A DNA stretch of 64,000 bases from an uncultured Gemmatimonadaceae bacterium. Its GTDB lineage: Bacteria > Gemmatimonadota > Gemmatimonadetes > Gemmatimonadales > Gemmatimonadaceae. The notes beneath the pieces are model-generated. The model was not told where the DNA came from, searched no databases, and was given only the letters and a program-made list of their open reading frames with translations. The first letter of the stretch is position 1. Every line of letters begins with the position of its first letter. The translations under genes and the position numbers were made by a program. The stretch covers positions 2,272,001-2,336,000 of the forward strand of contig CAVXGK010000002.1 of NCBI GenBank assembly GCA_963761305.1, written 5' to 3'. Positions 1-11,427 of this stretch are shown piece by piece.

Positions 1-28
1 CAATCCCACCCTTCGGAGGAAGTTCGAA

Positions 29-343
29 ATGAAGCGTTTTGCATTCGCGGCAGTCGCTGCCCTTTTGGTTGCCGGCACGCAGCTGCATGCCCAGGCCGCG
101 CAGGGCGGTCAGAAGCAGGACACCACCAAGAAGACGAAGTCCACGGTTACGACGTCGGTGAAGCCGGCCGGCGCGCCGGCAGCGGTCAAGGCTCAGACGC
201 CGGCCGATACCACCAAGCCGAAGAAGAAGCGTTCCACCGCGCACAAGACTGCGGCCAAGGACACGACGAAGGCGGCGGGTGCCGCGGCGACGACGTCCAA
301 GAAGCCGGCTGCCAAGAAGGACACGACCGCCAAGAAGCCGTAA
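29..343 (+). CDS. Secreted Lys/Thr/Ala-rich low-complexity protein
   Basis: RBS GGAGGA upstream; signal peptide MKRFAFAAVAALLVAGTQLHA; basic, disordered-looking body with four DTT motifs. Confidence 0.8.
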   Translation: MKRFAFAAVAALLVAGTQLHAQAAQGGQKQDTTKKTKSTVTTSVKPAGAPAAVKAQTPADTTKPKKKRSTAHKTAAKDTTKAAGAAATTSKKPAAKKDTTAKKP

Positions 344-344
344 C

Positions 345-836
345 TCAGGCTGCCAGGCGGTTTCCGCAGCTATTGCAGTATCGCGCCTCGGGCGCGACGA
401 CAGGTGCGCCACACGTGGCGCACCTGTCGTTTAGGTACCTGCCACAGTTCGAGCAATAAACAGCGTCTGATTCCGGACGCGGACCGCAGGTCGGGCAGCC
501 GCCGAGTCGCTGGCGCTGCGCCCGCACCTGCGCCTCGAGCTCGTCGTCCGTCGGCCGAATCGATGGGTCGGCCGAGGCCGATTGTCGCCGCATCTCGGCG
601 ACGGCTGACTTCGTGTAGCGCGCCTTGAGCTCCGTGTAATCGGAGTCCGACAACTTGCCCGTCGCCCGATCGAACTCCAGCTCACGAAGCGCCGCGACAG
701 CGGACGCGTCGTCGCTCTCGACCGGCTTGGCGCGCGGCGGGGACGGGAGTCTTCTCCCCGATCCAAAAAAGACCGGATACAGCACGAAGGCCAACGCGCC
801 AAGCGCCAACAATGTGCCGACGACGAGCGCGGCCAT
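345..836 (-). CDS. Membrane protein with CcmI-like N-terminus and double zinc ribbon
   Basis: Start MAALVVG overlaps ccmH stop (TGATG); TM helix, LRELEFDRATGKLSDSDY segment, four CxxC (CPTC, CSNC, CATC, CNSC). Confidence 0.75.
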   Translation of the reverse strand: MAALVVGTLLALGALAFVLYPVFFGSGRRLPSPPRAKPVESDDASAVAALRELEFDRATGKLSDSDYTELKARYTKSAVAEMRRQSASADPSIRPTDDELEAQVRAQRQRLGGCPTCGPRPESDAVYCSNCGRYLNDRCATCGAPVVAPEARYCNSCGNRLAA

Positions 837-1480
837 CAGCGATCGTCTCGCCGGATCGCGGCCTCGAGACGCGCGAGCTCGTCGTCCGTCGCGTCCACGC
901 CATGCGCCCTCGGGCCGAGCGGCGCAGGGGCCGGCGCCTGCGAGCGGCGCAAGAACGCGAGGATGAACGCGCCGGCGACGAGTACGGCGATTCCCGGCGA
1001 GACCCATGCGAGGATGTTGAATCCCGAACGCGGCGGCGCCATCAACACGCGCTGGCCATACGTGCCGACGAACGCGTCGATGATTTCCTGCGCGCTATGC
1101 CCGCCTTCGACGAGCGCCATCACGTCGCGATGCATCGCCGGCGACACCTGACATGAGAAGTCCGTCGTGCGGCAGGTGAAGACGTCGAGCGTACAGCCGC
1201 CGCACTGGCAGTGGAGTTGATGCTCGAGCGCGTCTCGTTGCGCCGTGTTCAGCTGCGGTGTGGCATTCGGTTTGGGCGGCAGCCGCACCGGCTTCACCGC
1301 CATGTCCATCACGCCGAAGTTCGTCGTGTCGCGCACGAGCGACGAGTCGTGCGTCATTCCGGCGCGCGGATTCGGCTGCTGCTGGGCGGCGGCTCGCGCG
1401 GCGACAAGCATCGATCCGACGCCGCCTGCCGCGCCGGCGAAAAACGCACGGCGCGAAACTGATTTCATCTCGTCGCTCAT
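836..1480 (-). CDS. ccmH: Cytochrome c biogenesis protein CcmH-like
   Basis: LHCQCGGC; EIIDAFVGTYGQRVLMAPP...LAWVSP CcmH signature; follows ccmF with ATGA overlap; N-terminal SRRAFF. Confidence 0.8.
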   Translation of the reverse strand: MSDEMKSVSRRAFFAGAAGGVGSMLVAARAAAQQQPNPRAGMTHDSSLVRDTTNFGVMDMAVKPVRLPPKPNATPQLNTAQRDALEHQLHCQCGGCTLDVFTCRTTDFSCQVSPAMHRDVMALVEGGHSAQEIIDAFVGTYGQRVLMAPPRSGFNILAWVSPGIAVLVAGAFILAFLRRSQAPAPAPLGPRAHGVDATDDELARLEAAIRRDDR

Positions 1481-3528
1481 CCGCCGACCGAAATGCTTAC
1501 GGTGTCGGTCCCCGTCGCCGCCCCGGCAGGTGGCATCACCGCGACGTATCCCGCTTGCGCGCGACGCCGTTCGGCTTGCGGCCACATCACGATCAAGCCG
1601 CCGATCATCATCACGAACCCGCCGATCCACACCCACACCACCAGCGGGTTGAAGGTGATTCGCAGTTCGGCCGTCTCGGCGTTCCGCAACCCGGCGAGCA
1701 CGATGTATGTGTCTTGGGCCAGCGTCGAGCGGATGCCGACTGCGGTGATCGGCTGGAAGAGCGGATTGTTCTGCGAGTCGCGATAGCTGATTTTCTCGCT
1801 TTTGATGATCCCGACGCGCTGTCCGTCGCGATACGCATCGAGGCCGAGTCCGACCACGGTGCGGTCGCGCGCGTCGGACGTGGAAACGCCCTGGCTCACG
1901 AAGCGCCACTTGTGTCCGTACGGATCGGTCGTCTCGAACGCCTCACCCGTCTTGAGGGTGACGTCGTTCTCGCGTTTGAACGCCAGGCCGGCGAACGCCG
2001 CGAAGAGCATCACGATTCCGGCGTGCACGATGTAGCCGCCGTAGCGACGACGATTGCGCCCCACGAGGTGCGTGAACGCCGCCACGACCGACTCGCCGTG
2101 AATGCTCTGGCGGGCGCGCATCCCCTTGTAGAACTCCTGCAAGATCGTCCCGAGGACGAACCCGCAGAGGGTGTACGCGACGAGCACGTACGGCGCCCGC
2201 ATGCCCAGCGCGAACAACAGCGCGCCGACGACGAGGCCGGCGGCGACCGGCGACGCGAATTGTCGCCTGAGGTTCGACAGCGACGCCCGCCGCCACGCGA
2301 TGAGCGGCCCGATGCCCGTCAGCGCCAACAGCAGCAGGCCGAGCGGAACGTTCACCGAGTTAAAGAACGGCGGCCCGACGGTGATCTTGTTCTGCGTCAC
2401 CCACTCCGACAACACGGGGAACACCGTTCCCCAGAATATCGCGAACGCGATGCCGATCAGCAGCAGGTTGTTGTAAAGGAACGCTGCCTCGCGGCTCACC
2501 ATGCTCTCCAGCTCCGCCTTCGCCTCGAGATCGCGAAGACGCGTCGCGACCAGGTAGATCGTGACACCGGTCGCCACGCCGAAGAACGTCAGGAACCAGG
2601 GTCCGACCGGCGATTGGGCGAACGAGTGCACGCTCTCGATCACGCCGCTCCGCGTGAGGGTCGTGCCGAAGATGGCGAGCAAGAAGCTCATCACGACCAG
2701 GACGACGTTCCATTTGCGCAGCATGCCGCGCTTTTCCTGGACCATGATCGAGTGGAGGAACGCGGTGTTCGTGAGCCAGGGGAGGAACGACGAGTTCTCG
2801 ACCGGATCCCACGCCCAATATCCGCCCCATCCCAACTCGACGTACGCCCACCACATGCCGAGCACGATGCCGATCGTGAGGAAGAACCACGACAAGAGCG
2901 TCCACCGTCGCACGATGCCGAGCCACTGCGCGTCGAGCCGGCGCGTGAACAGCGCCGCGATGGCGAACGCGAACGGAATCGCCGTCGCGACGTAGCCGAG
3001 ATAGAGATTCGGCGGATGGATCGCCATTCCGGGATTCTGCAGCTGCGGATTCATCCCGCGTCCGTCGAGCGGAATGAAGTCGAGCCGCGTGAACGGATTC
3101 GCCTTGAAGCACGTCGTCGCGATGAAGAAGAGGAGCACGGCCGAGATCGTGCCCGTCGCCCACGGAATCAGCTCGGCGTTGCCGCGGCGGCTCGTCGCGA
3201 TCGCGACCGTGCCGTACATCGACAGGATCAGCGCCCAGAAGAGCATCGAGCCCGCTTGCCCGCTCCAGAACGACGTGAAGATGTACACGCTCGGCATCGT
3301 CGAGCTGATGTGGCCGGCGACGTACTCGAGCGAGAAGTCCTTGGTGAGAAGCGCCGTCCAGAGACCGACCGACGCGAGCACGATCATCGCGAACGTCGCG
3401 TAGAGACCGCGCACGCCGCTGTCGGTGAGATCGGCGCGACGCGTCGCCCCGCCGGCGTACGACACGGTCGTCGACCACGCCGCCATGAGCAGCGCGACCC
3501 ACAACGACAATTCGCCGATCAGGATCAC
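1477..3528 (-). CDS. ccmF: Cytochrome c heme lyase CcmF
   Basis: WGGYWAWDPVEN (WWD) motif, IHPP, TRSG..SVHSFA; polytopic 683 aa. Confidence 0.97.
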   Translation of the reverse strand: MILIGELSLWVALLMAAWSTTVSYAGGATRRADLTDSGVRGLYATFAMIVLASVGLWTALLTKDFSLEYVAGHISSTMPSVYIFTSFWSGQAGSMLFWALILSMYGTVAIATSRRGNAELIPWATGTISAVLLFFIATTCFKANPFTRLDFIPLDGRGMNPQLQNPGMAIHPPNLYLGYVATAIPFAFAIAALFTRRLDAQWLGIVRRWTLLSWFFLTIGIVLGMWWAYVELGWGGYWAWDPVENSSFLPWLTNTAFLHSIMVQEKRGMLRKWNVVLVVMSFLLAIFGTTLTRSGVIESVHSFAQSPVGPWFLTFFGVATGVTIYLVATRLRDLEAKAELESMVSREAAFLYNNLLLIGIAFAIFWGTVFPVLSEWVTQNKITVGPPFFNSVNVPLGLLLLALTGIGPLIAWRRASLSNLRRQFASPVAAGLVVGALLFALGMRAPYVLVAYTLCGFVLGTILQEFYKGMRARQSIHGESVVAAFTHLVGRNRRRYGGYIVHAGIVMLFAAFAGLAFKRENDVTLKTGEAFETTDPYGHKWRFVSQGVSTSDARDRTVVGLGLDAYRDGQRVGIIKSEKISYRDSQNNPLFQPITAVGIRSTLAQDTYIVLAGLRNAETAELRITFNPLVVWVWIGGFVMMIGGLIVMWPQAERRRAQAGYVAVMPPAGAATGTDTVSISVGG

Positions 3529-3980
3529 GCGCGACCAGCCGTTTTCTCGGCCGCCTTGTAGCCGGGCGTCTCACGGTACTTCTGCGGTGCGTTCTCGTAG
3601 CGAGACGCGCACTTGGCGAGTAGCTCGGTCGCGTGGAAGGTGCCGTCCGTTCCCATGCGACCGCCGACGACGACGTCCACGCTGTCGGTGAACGTGTCGG
3701 GCGCGATACCGCGGTAGACGACGGGAATCGTCGCGCTGCCGTCGGTCACGCGGAACGCGTATTCCTTCCCGCCCGGAGCGCGCTGCACCGAGCCCGGTAC
3801 GACGCGCGCGCCCACCTTCACGCCGACATCCGTGAAGCTGGGATCCATCTTCAGCTTGGCGAATAGCTCGGTCGGCGTCAGGTAATACACGCCGGTCGAG
3901 CGAATCGAGCTGGCCATCAGATAGGCGGCCGTGCCAAGAACGATCGCGGCGCCGAACAGGAATTTCGTGCGTGGCTTCAT
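3525..3980 (-). CDS. ccmE: Heme chaperone CcmE, CxxxY variant
   Basis: N-terminal TM, YYLTPTE, YRGIAPDTF, ATELLAKCASRY; directly upstream of ccmF. Confidence 0.92.
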   Translation of the reverse strand: MKPRTKFLFGAAIVLGTAAYLMASSIRSTGVYYLTPTELFAKLKMDPSFTDVGVKVGARVVPGSVQRAPGGKEYAFRVTDGSATIPVVYRGIAPDTFTDSVDVVVGGRMGTDGTFHATELLAKCASRYENAPQKYRETPGYKAAEKTAGRA

Positions 3981-4022
3981 CGTGAGTGCGTCTCTGCCGA
4001 GGCCTTCAATATACCCGAGGGA

Positions 4023-4337
4023 TCATGGCTTGGTCTGATGCAGCAAAGCGCCAGCCGCCGCAATGCCGGCGCCGTCCCACGCCAGGTCCTTGAAGCTGGG
4101 GTCGCCTCCGGAGAACCCGTCGTACGCCTCCTTTCCCACACCGAAGCCGGCGGCGACGCCGATCGCGGTGTTGAGCGCCGGATGGGGACGCATCCCGGTG
4201 AGGCGCAACGCACTGAACGCACCGCATTCCACGAAAGCGGACATGAAAAAGTGTTTCGCCTTGTCCGCCCCGAACCACCGGTCGCCGCCGGCGAAGTTGA
4301 CGCCGTGCAGCGTGAAGACGAGAAGAAATCCGCGCAT
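4023..4337 (-). CDS. YfiM/DUF2279-like membrane protein
   Basis: DRWFGADKAKHF, GKEAYD, SFKDLAWD motifs; start MRGFLL overlaps glpK stop. Confidence 0.75.
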   Translation of the reverse strand: MRGFLLVFTLHGVNFAGGDRWFGADKAKHFFMSAFVECGAFSALRLTGMRPHPALNTAIGVAAGFGVGKEAYDGFSGGDPSFKDLAWDGAGIAAAGALLHQTKP

Positions 4338-5821
4338 CACATGCTCTTGGCGTCGTCCTGCGCCCAATGCACCGCGGAACGCACGGCGCGCTCCCATCCG
4401 CGCATCGCGCGGTCAGCTTCGGCGCGCGACACGCGCGGCGTGAACGTCGTGAATCGTCGCGTCGCCAAGAACTCACCGACGTTGTTCCAGACGCCGGCGG
4501 CGATGCCCGCCAAACCCGCCGCACCGAGCGCCGTCGTCTCCACCATGTCCGGCCGCTCGACGGCAACGCCGAGCACGTCGGCCTGGAACTGCATCAGCCA
4601 GTCGTTCATCGTCGCGCCGCCGTCGACGCGCAGCCGCGAGAACGACGCGCCGCTCGCGTGCTGCATCTCCGCCAACACCTCGGCGGTTCCATACGCCATG
4701 GCCTCGAGGGCGGCGCGAACGAGGTGCGCGCGCGTCGTGCCGCGAGTGAGTCCGACGATCGTGCCGCGCGCATCGGCCTCCCAGTGCGGCGCGCCCAGTC
4801 CGGTGAGTGCCGGAACGAAGTACACGCCGTCGTTGGACTCGACGGATCGGGCGAGACCTTCCGTTTCGCCGGCGTCGCGGATCAAACCGAGATCACGCAA
4901 CCACTGGACGGCGGCGCCGGCGATGAAGATCGCCGCCTCGAGCGCGAACGTCGGACCGCCGCGCGCGTCGCACGCGATCGTCGTCAACAATCCGCCGCGT
5001 CCCGACTCCGGGCGGTCGGCGCCGGCGTTGAGCAGCAGGAACGCGCCCGTTCCGTACGTATTCTTGCTGCTTCCGCGCTCGGTGCAGCCCTGCCCGAAGA
5101 GCGCCGCCTGCTGGTCGCCGGCGACACCGAGAATCGGCGCTTCGACGCCGAGCTCGCCGCGCGTCGTCATACCGAAGTCGCCCGACGACGGCCGCACCTG
5201 CGGCAGCATGTCCATCGGCACGCCGAAGAGCGAACACAGTTCGTCGCTCCACGACCGCGTGTCGATGTCGAAGAGCATCGTGCGCGACGCGTTCGTCGGA
5301 TCGGTGGCGTGGACCTTCCCGCCGGTGAGGCGCGAGACGAGCCACGCGTCGATCGTGCCGACGGCGAGATCGCCGAGATGGTAGCGGTCGAGCAGCTTCT
5401 CGTGCTCGAGCAGCCACTCGATCTTCGTCGCCGAGAAGTACGGATCGGGCACCAGCCCCGTGTGCTGCGCGAGCCATTCGGCGCGCGGAGCGAGCTCGCG
5501 ACAGCGCGCCGCCGTGCGCCGATCCTGCCAGACGATTGCCCGATGCACCGGGCGCCCAGTGCCGCGCTCCCAGATGACGACGGTCTCTCGCTGGTTCGTG
5601 ATGCCGATTGCATCCGGCTGGACCGACGCCGCGTCGACGGCGTCGCGTGCCGACGCCTTCACGCATTCGAGAATCTCGAGTGCGTCGTGCTCGACGTGTC
5701 CCGCGGCCGGGAAATACTGCGGCACCTCGCGGTAGCCGCGCCCCGCGACCTTGCCGTCGGCGCTGATCATCAGGCACGTGACGCCCGTGGTGCCGGCGTC
5801 GATCGCGAGCACGTGCTTCAT
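4337..5821 (-). CDS. glpK: Glycerol kinase
   Basis: AIDAGTT, GITNQRET, WQDRRT, PYFSATK, GDQQAALFG, KNTYGTG, VDGG. Confidence 0.96.
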   Translation of the reverse strand: MKHVLAIDAGTTGVTCLMISADGKVAGRGYREVPQYFPAAGHVEHDALEILECVKASARDAVDAASVQPDAIGITNQRETVVIWERGTGRPVHRAIVWQDRRTAARCRELAPRAEWLAQHTGLVPDPYFSATKIEWLLEHEKLLDRYHLGDLAVGTIDAWLVSRLTGGKVHATDPTNASRTMLFDIDTRSWSDELCSLFGVPMDMLPQVRPSSGDFGMTTRGELGVEAPILGVAGDQQAALFGQGCTERGSSKNTYGTGAFLLLNAGADRPESGRGGLLTTIACDARGGPTFALEAAIFIAGAAVQWLRDLGLIRDAGETEGLARSVESNDGVYFVPALTGLGAPHWEADARGTIVGLTRGTTRAHLVRAALEAMAYGTAEVLAEMQHASGASFSRLRVDGGATMNDWLMQFQADVLGVAVERPDMVETTALGAAGLAGIAAGVWNNVGEFLATRRFTTFTPRVSRAEADRAMRGWERAVRSAVHWAQDDAKSM

Positions 5822-6852
5822 GACTCGCGCTCCGAGAAGTCGTACGGCGGCCGATGCACGCCGCGATCGCTCACGATCGCCGAGATGAGCTCCGCCGGCG
5901 TGACGTCGAACGCAGGATTGTACACGGGAACGTTGGCCGGCGCGGTTTGCGTCCCGCCCCCGAGCACGCGTCGAAGCTCGTCGGGCGAACGCTGCTCGAT
6001 GAGGATGTCGTCGCCGCGCGCGGTGGCCGGGTCGAACGTGCTCGTCGGCGCCGCGACGTAGAACGGCACCGAATGCCGGCACGCGGCGATGGCAAGCGGA
6101 TACGTCCCGACCTTGTTGGCGACGTCGCCGTTGGCGGCGATGCGGTCCGCACCGACGATGCAGAGGTCGACGTCGCCGTCGCGGAGCAGCGACGCCGCCG
6201 CGCCGTCGGCGAGCACGGTGACGCGGATGCCGGCGCGCTGCAGCTCCCACGCCGTGAGACGGCTGCCCTGCAGCAGCGGGCGCGTCTCGTCGGCATAGAC
6301 CTCGACGCGCTTTCCCGATTCCACGGCCACGTACACCGCGGCGAGCGCGGTGCCGATGCCGCCCGTCGCGAGCGCGCCGGTGTTGCAATGCGTAAGCACG
6401 CGCGCCCCGTCGGCGATGAGCGTCGCGCCGACTTCGCCGATGCGCCGGCACATCGCCCGATCTTCCTCGAGGATTCTGGTGGCTTCGTCGCGGAGTTCGC
6501 GTCGCAATCCGTCCGCGTCGCCTCGGTGGGCGAGTCCGACCTTCATCATCCGGTCTAGCGCGCGAGCCAGGTTCACCGCCGTCGGGCGCGTGCCGCGCAA
6601 CCGCCCGTGAGCGAGGCCGAGCGCGGCGACCGGATTCTCAGTCGTCCCCGACTTTACGAACAGGGCCAACCCCATCGCCGCCGCGATGCCGATCGCCGGC
6701 GCGCCGCGGACCGCGAGCGTCTTGATCGCCTCACAGACCTCGTCCACCGAGCGCAAGTCCAGATACACCTCGCGCTCCGGAAGCAGACGCTGGTCGAGGA
6801 TGCGCACGCCGTCGCCATCCTCGGACCACGCCACGGCCTGGATCGGTTGCAT
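5818..6852 (-). CDS. mtnA: S-methyl-5-thioribose-1-phosphate isomerase
   Basis: LDQRLLP, VRGAPAIG, RPTAVNL, LTHCNTGALAT, ETRPLLQGSRLTAWEL, NPAFDVTP. Confidence 0.95.
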   Translation of the reverse strand: MQPIQAVAWSEDGDGVRILDQRLLPEREVYLDLRSVDEVCEAIKTLAVRGAPAIGIAAAMGLALFVKSGTTENPVAALGLAHGRLRGTRPTAVNLARALDRMMKVGLAHRGDADGLRRELRDEATRILEEDRAMCRRIGEVGATLIADGARVLTHCNTGALATGGIGTALAAVYVAVESGKRVEVYADETRPLLQGSRLTAWELQRAGIRVTVLADGAAASLLRDGDVDLCIVGADRIAANGDVANKVGTYPLAIAACRHSVPFYVAAPTSTFDPATARGDDILIEQRSPDELRRVLGGGTQTAPANVPVYNPAFDVTPAELISAIVSDRGVHRPPYDFSERES

Positions 6853-6912
6853 GGCCCAAAACGTAGGTTCGTCGCGCGGCCCGCGTAACGGGTTTCCCTT
6901 AGATTCCGCCGC

Positions 6913-7692
6913 ATGGCCTACGAGACGATCACGCTCAGTGTCACGGACCGCATCGCGACCCTCACCGTCAACCGGCCGGACAAGCTCAACGCGTTGAACA
7001 ACGGCGTGATCGCCGAGCTGGGCGAAGCGATCGACTCGCTGCGGGCGGACCGCGACGTGGGCGGCATCATTCTCACCGGCGCGGGACGCGCGTTCGTCGC
7101 CGGCGCCGACATCTCCGAGCTCGAGCAGGTGGCCGGCGAGTCTGCCGAAGCGCTCGCCAAGCGCGGCCAGGCGGTCTTCAGCCGATTCGAGACGTCGCCC
7201 AAGCCGGTCATCGCCGCCGTGAACGGCTTCGCGCTCGGCGGCGGCTGCGAGCTGGCGATGGCGTGTCACGTCCGCATCGCATCAGAGAACGCGAAATTCG
7301 GCCAGCCGGAAGTGAAACTCGGGCTCATTCCCGGATATGGCGGCACGCAGCGGCTTCCGCGGCTCGTGGGCAAGGGTCGCGCGCTGCAACTGTTGTTGAC
7401 CGGCGAGATGATCGACGCGCAGGAGGCGTTGCGCATCGGCCTCGTGAACTGCGTCGTCGCCTCGGCCGAACTGATTCCCGCCGCGACCGTGACGATGCGC
7501 GCGATGCTCGCCAACGCGCCGCTCGCCCTCGCCGCCTGCGTGGCGGCGGTCAATCAGGGCGCCGACTCCGCGCTCGACACGGCGCTGTCGCTCGAAGCGT
7601 CGGCGTTCGGACGGCTCGGCGCCACCGCCGACAAGCAAGAAGGAACGCGCGCGTTCCTCGAGAAACGGGCCGCGAACTTCACCGGCGCGTGA
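6913..7692 (+). CDS. Enoyl-CoA hydratase (crotonase family)
   Basis: AFVAGADI, ALGGGCEL, FGQPEVKLGLIPGYGGTQRL; both catalytic Glu present. Confidence 0.93.
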   Translation: MAYETITLSVTDRIATLTVNRPDKLNALNNGVIAELGEAIDSLRADRDVGGIILTGAGRAFVAGADISELEQVAGESAEALAKRGQAVFSRFETSPKPVIAAVNGFALGGGCELAMACHVRIASENAKFGQPEVKLGLIPGYGGTQRLPRLVGKGRALQLLLTGEMIDAQEALRIGLVNCVVASAELIPAATVTMRAMLANAPLALAACVAAVNQGADSALDTALSLEASAFGRLGATADKQEGTRAFLEKRAANFTGA

Positions 7693-8840
7693 GCGCCGCC
7701 CCTGGTGCGGCCCGACTGGCGCGCCTCGTCGTCCGCGATTTCCGCAACCTCGAGCACGTGGAGCTGTCGCCGCCGAGTGCGGGGTGGGTCGTCGTGGGCG
7801 AGAACGGCCAAGGGAAGACGAATCTCCTCGAGGCGATTCACTATTTGCAGTTGTTCCGTTCGTCCCGCGGCGCGCGCGACGCCGACGTGGTGCGCTTCGG
7901 CGCCGAGGCGTTTCACATCGCCGCGCAGGTCGACACGGGGAAATGCCACGAGGTGTCGGTCGGCTTCGAGCGCGCCGGCCATCGCAAGCGCGCGCGGCTC
8001 GACGGCGCGGTGCCGGAGCGATTGAGCGACGCGCTCGGCGCGCTGCCGTCGGTGATGTTCTCCCCCGACGACGTCGCGCTGATCACCGGTTCGCCCGCCG
8101 AGCGGCGACGCTACCTCGACGTGATGCTCGCCGTGACGAATCACGCGTACTTGGTCGCGCTGCAGCAGTATCGCGCGGCCCTGCTGCGTCGAAACGCGGC
8201 GCTGCGATCGGCGGCGGCGAGCGGCGCGCGCACGCACTTCGCCGACGCGAGCGCGTCGGACGCCGTCGCGGTGTGGGAACCCGCGCTCGCCGAGTTCGGC
8301 GCCGCCCTCTGGCGCGAGCGGCGCGCGTGGGTCGCGTCGATGGAAGAGCGACTCGAGGCGCTCTGCCGGGAGATCGGCGAGGACGCACGCGTGCGGATGC
8401 GGTACGCGAGCAGCCTCTCCGCCTCGGACGATCCACGCACGGCGCTCGCACGCGCGCTCGAGGAGAAGCGCGGCTCGGATCTGCGCCGAGGACTCACGCA
8501 CGTCGGTCCGCACCGCGACGATCTGGTCGTCACGCTGGACGGCCGCGATCTGCGCGTGTTCGGATCGGCCGGACAACAGCGGACGGCGGCGATCGCGCTG
8601 CGCATGCTCGAGGCGGCGACCGTGACCGAGCGCCGCGGCCTGGCGCCGATGTTCCTGCTCGACGATCCGTTCGCCGAGCTGGATGCGCGACGATCGACGC
8701 GCATCCTGTCGCTGCTGGAACGCGAAGGGATGGGCCAGACCGTGCTCGTCGTGCCGCGCGAGGGCGACATTCCGAGCGCGCTCACACCGCTCGCGCGCTA
8801 TCGCATCGCGGGCGGCGTGGTGACGGCCGCCGACGCGTGA
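7689..8840 (+). CDS. recF: DNA replication/repair protein RecF
   Basis: FRNL, GENGQGKTNLLEAI, GPHRDDL, SAGQQR, LLDDPFAELD; GTG start overlaps upstream stop. Confidence 0.95.
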   Translation: MSAAPGAARLARLVVRDFRNLEHVELSPPSAGWVVVGENGQGKTNLLEAIHYLQLFRSSRGARDADVVRFGAEAFHIAAQVDTGKCHEVSVGFERAGHRKRARLDGAVPERLSDALGALPSVMFSPDDVALITGSPAERRRYLDVMLAVTNHAYLVALQQYRAALLRRNAALRSAAASGARTHFADASASDAVAVWEPALAEFGAALWRERRAWVASMEERLEALCREIGEDARVRMRYASSLSASDDPRTALARALEEKRGSDLRRGLTHVGPHRDDLVVTLDGRDLRVFGSAGQQRTAAIALRMLEAATVTERRGLAPMFLLDDPFAELDARRSTRILSLLEREGMGQTVLVVPREGDIPSALTPLARYRIAGGVVTAADA

Positions 8841-8847
8841 GCATCAC

Positions 8848-9174
8848 ATGAGCGAACGCAAAAAGAAGCGCCCCGAAACCGTCGGCTCGATCATCGCGGG
8901 CGTCCTCGGCCAGCGCGGACTGACCGATCGCGTGAAGCAGGCGGCGATCATTCCGGAGTGGGCGGCGCTGGTCGGCCCGCAGATCGCGAGGGTGACGTCG
9001 CCGGAATCGATCACGGCGAACGGGACGCTGTTCGTGCGGGTGACGACGAACGCGTGGATGAACGAATTGTCGTTGCTCGAGCCGGAGTTGCTGCGGTCCC
9101 TGAACGCGAATCCCGAACGGTCGCCGGTGCGGAAGATTCGGTGGATGCTCGGGCCGGCGGAAAAGCCTCGGTAA
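8848..9174 (+). CDS. DUF721 / DciA-family protein
   Basis: W..LVGPQIA...P....GTLFV......W..EL pattern; position between recF and gyrB. Confidence 0.85.
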   Translation: MSERKKKRPETVGSIIAGVLGQRGLTDRVKQAAIIPEWAALVGPQIARVTSPESITANGTLFVRVTTNAWMNELSLLEPELLRSLNANPERSPVRKIRWMLGPAEKPR

Positions 9175-9184
9175 GACGTTGTCA

Positions 9185-11249
<2,065 letters not shown>

Positions 11250-11281
11250 CGATCGGGGTTTTCTAAAGAGCACGAAGAGAC

Positions 11282-11312
11282 CGGGCCCGTCGACACGACG
11301 GGCCCGTTTTTT
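11282..11312 (+). terminator. Intrinsic terminator of gyrB
   Basis: CGGGCCCGTCG-aca-CGACGGGCCCG followed by T6. Confidence 0.88.
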
Positions 11313-11427
11313 CGTTTGGGGCAGCCCGCTGGCCGCAACCGCTCCGGGCCGATGTGTGGCCCTTCGTCCACTGCATGCGAATGCCGTTGCGGGGCGACTC
11401 TGCGCGGGTCCAAAACCGCCGCCACCT

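Noticed and set aside
1258..3561. 767-aa plus-strand ORF opposite ccmF, and similar long antisense ORFs (e.g. 9186-11273, 15448-17364, 55824-57389)
   Set aside because: Shadow ORFs expected from high-GC codon bias; Arg-rich, no motifs, fully overlapping well-supported genes
4337..7269. ORF-track N-terminal extensions suggesting fusions (glpK 704 aa, mtnA 483 aa; likewise recF, nurA, sbcC, SDR, pilins)
   Set aside because: Extensions run through neighbouring genes in other frames; family-typical starts with stop/start overlaps lie downstream
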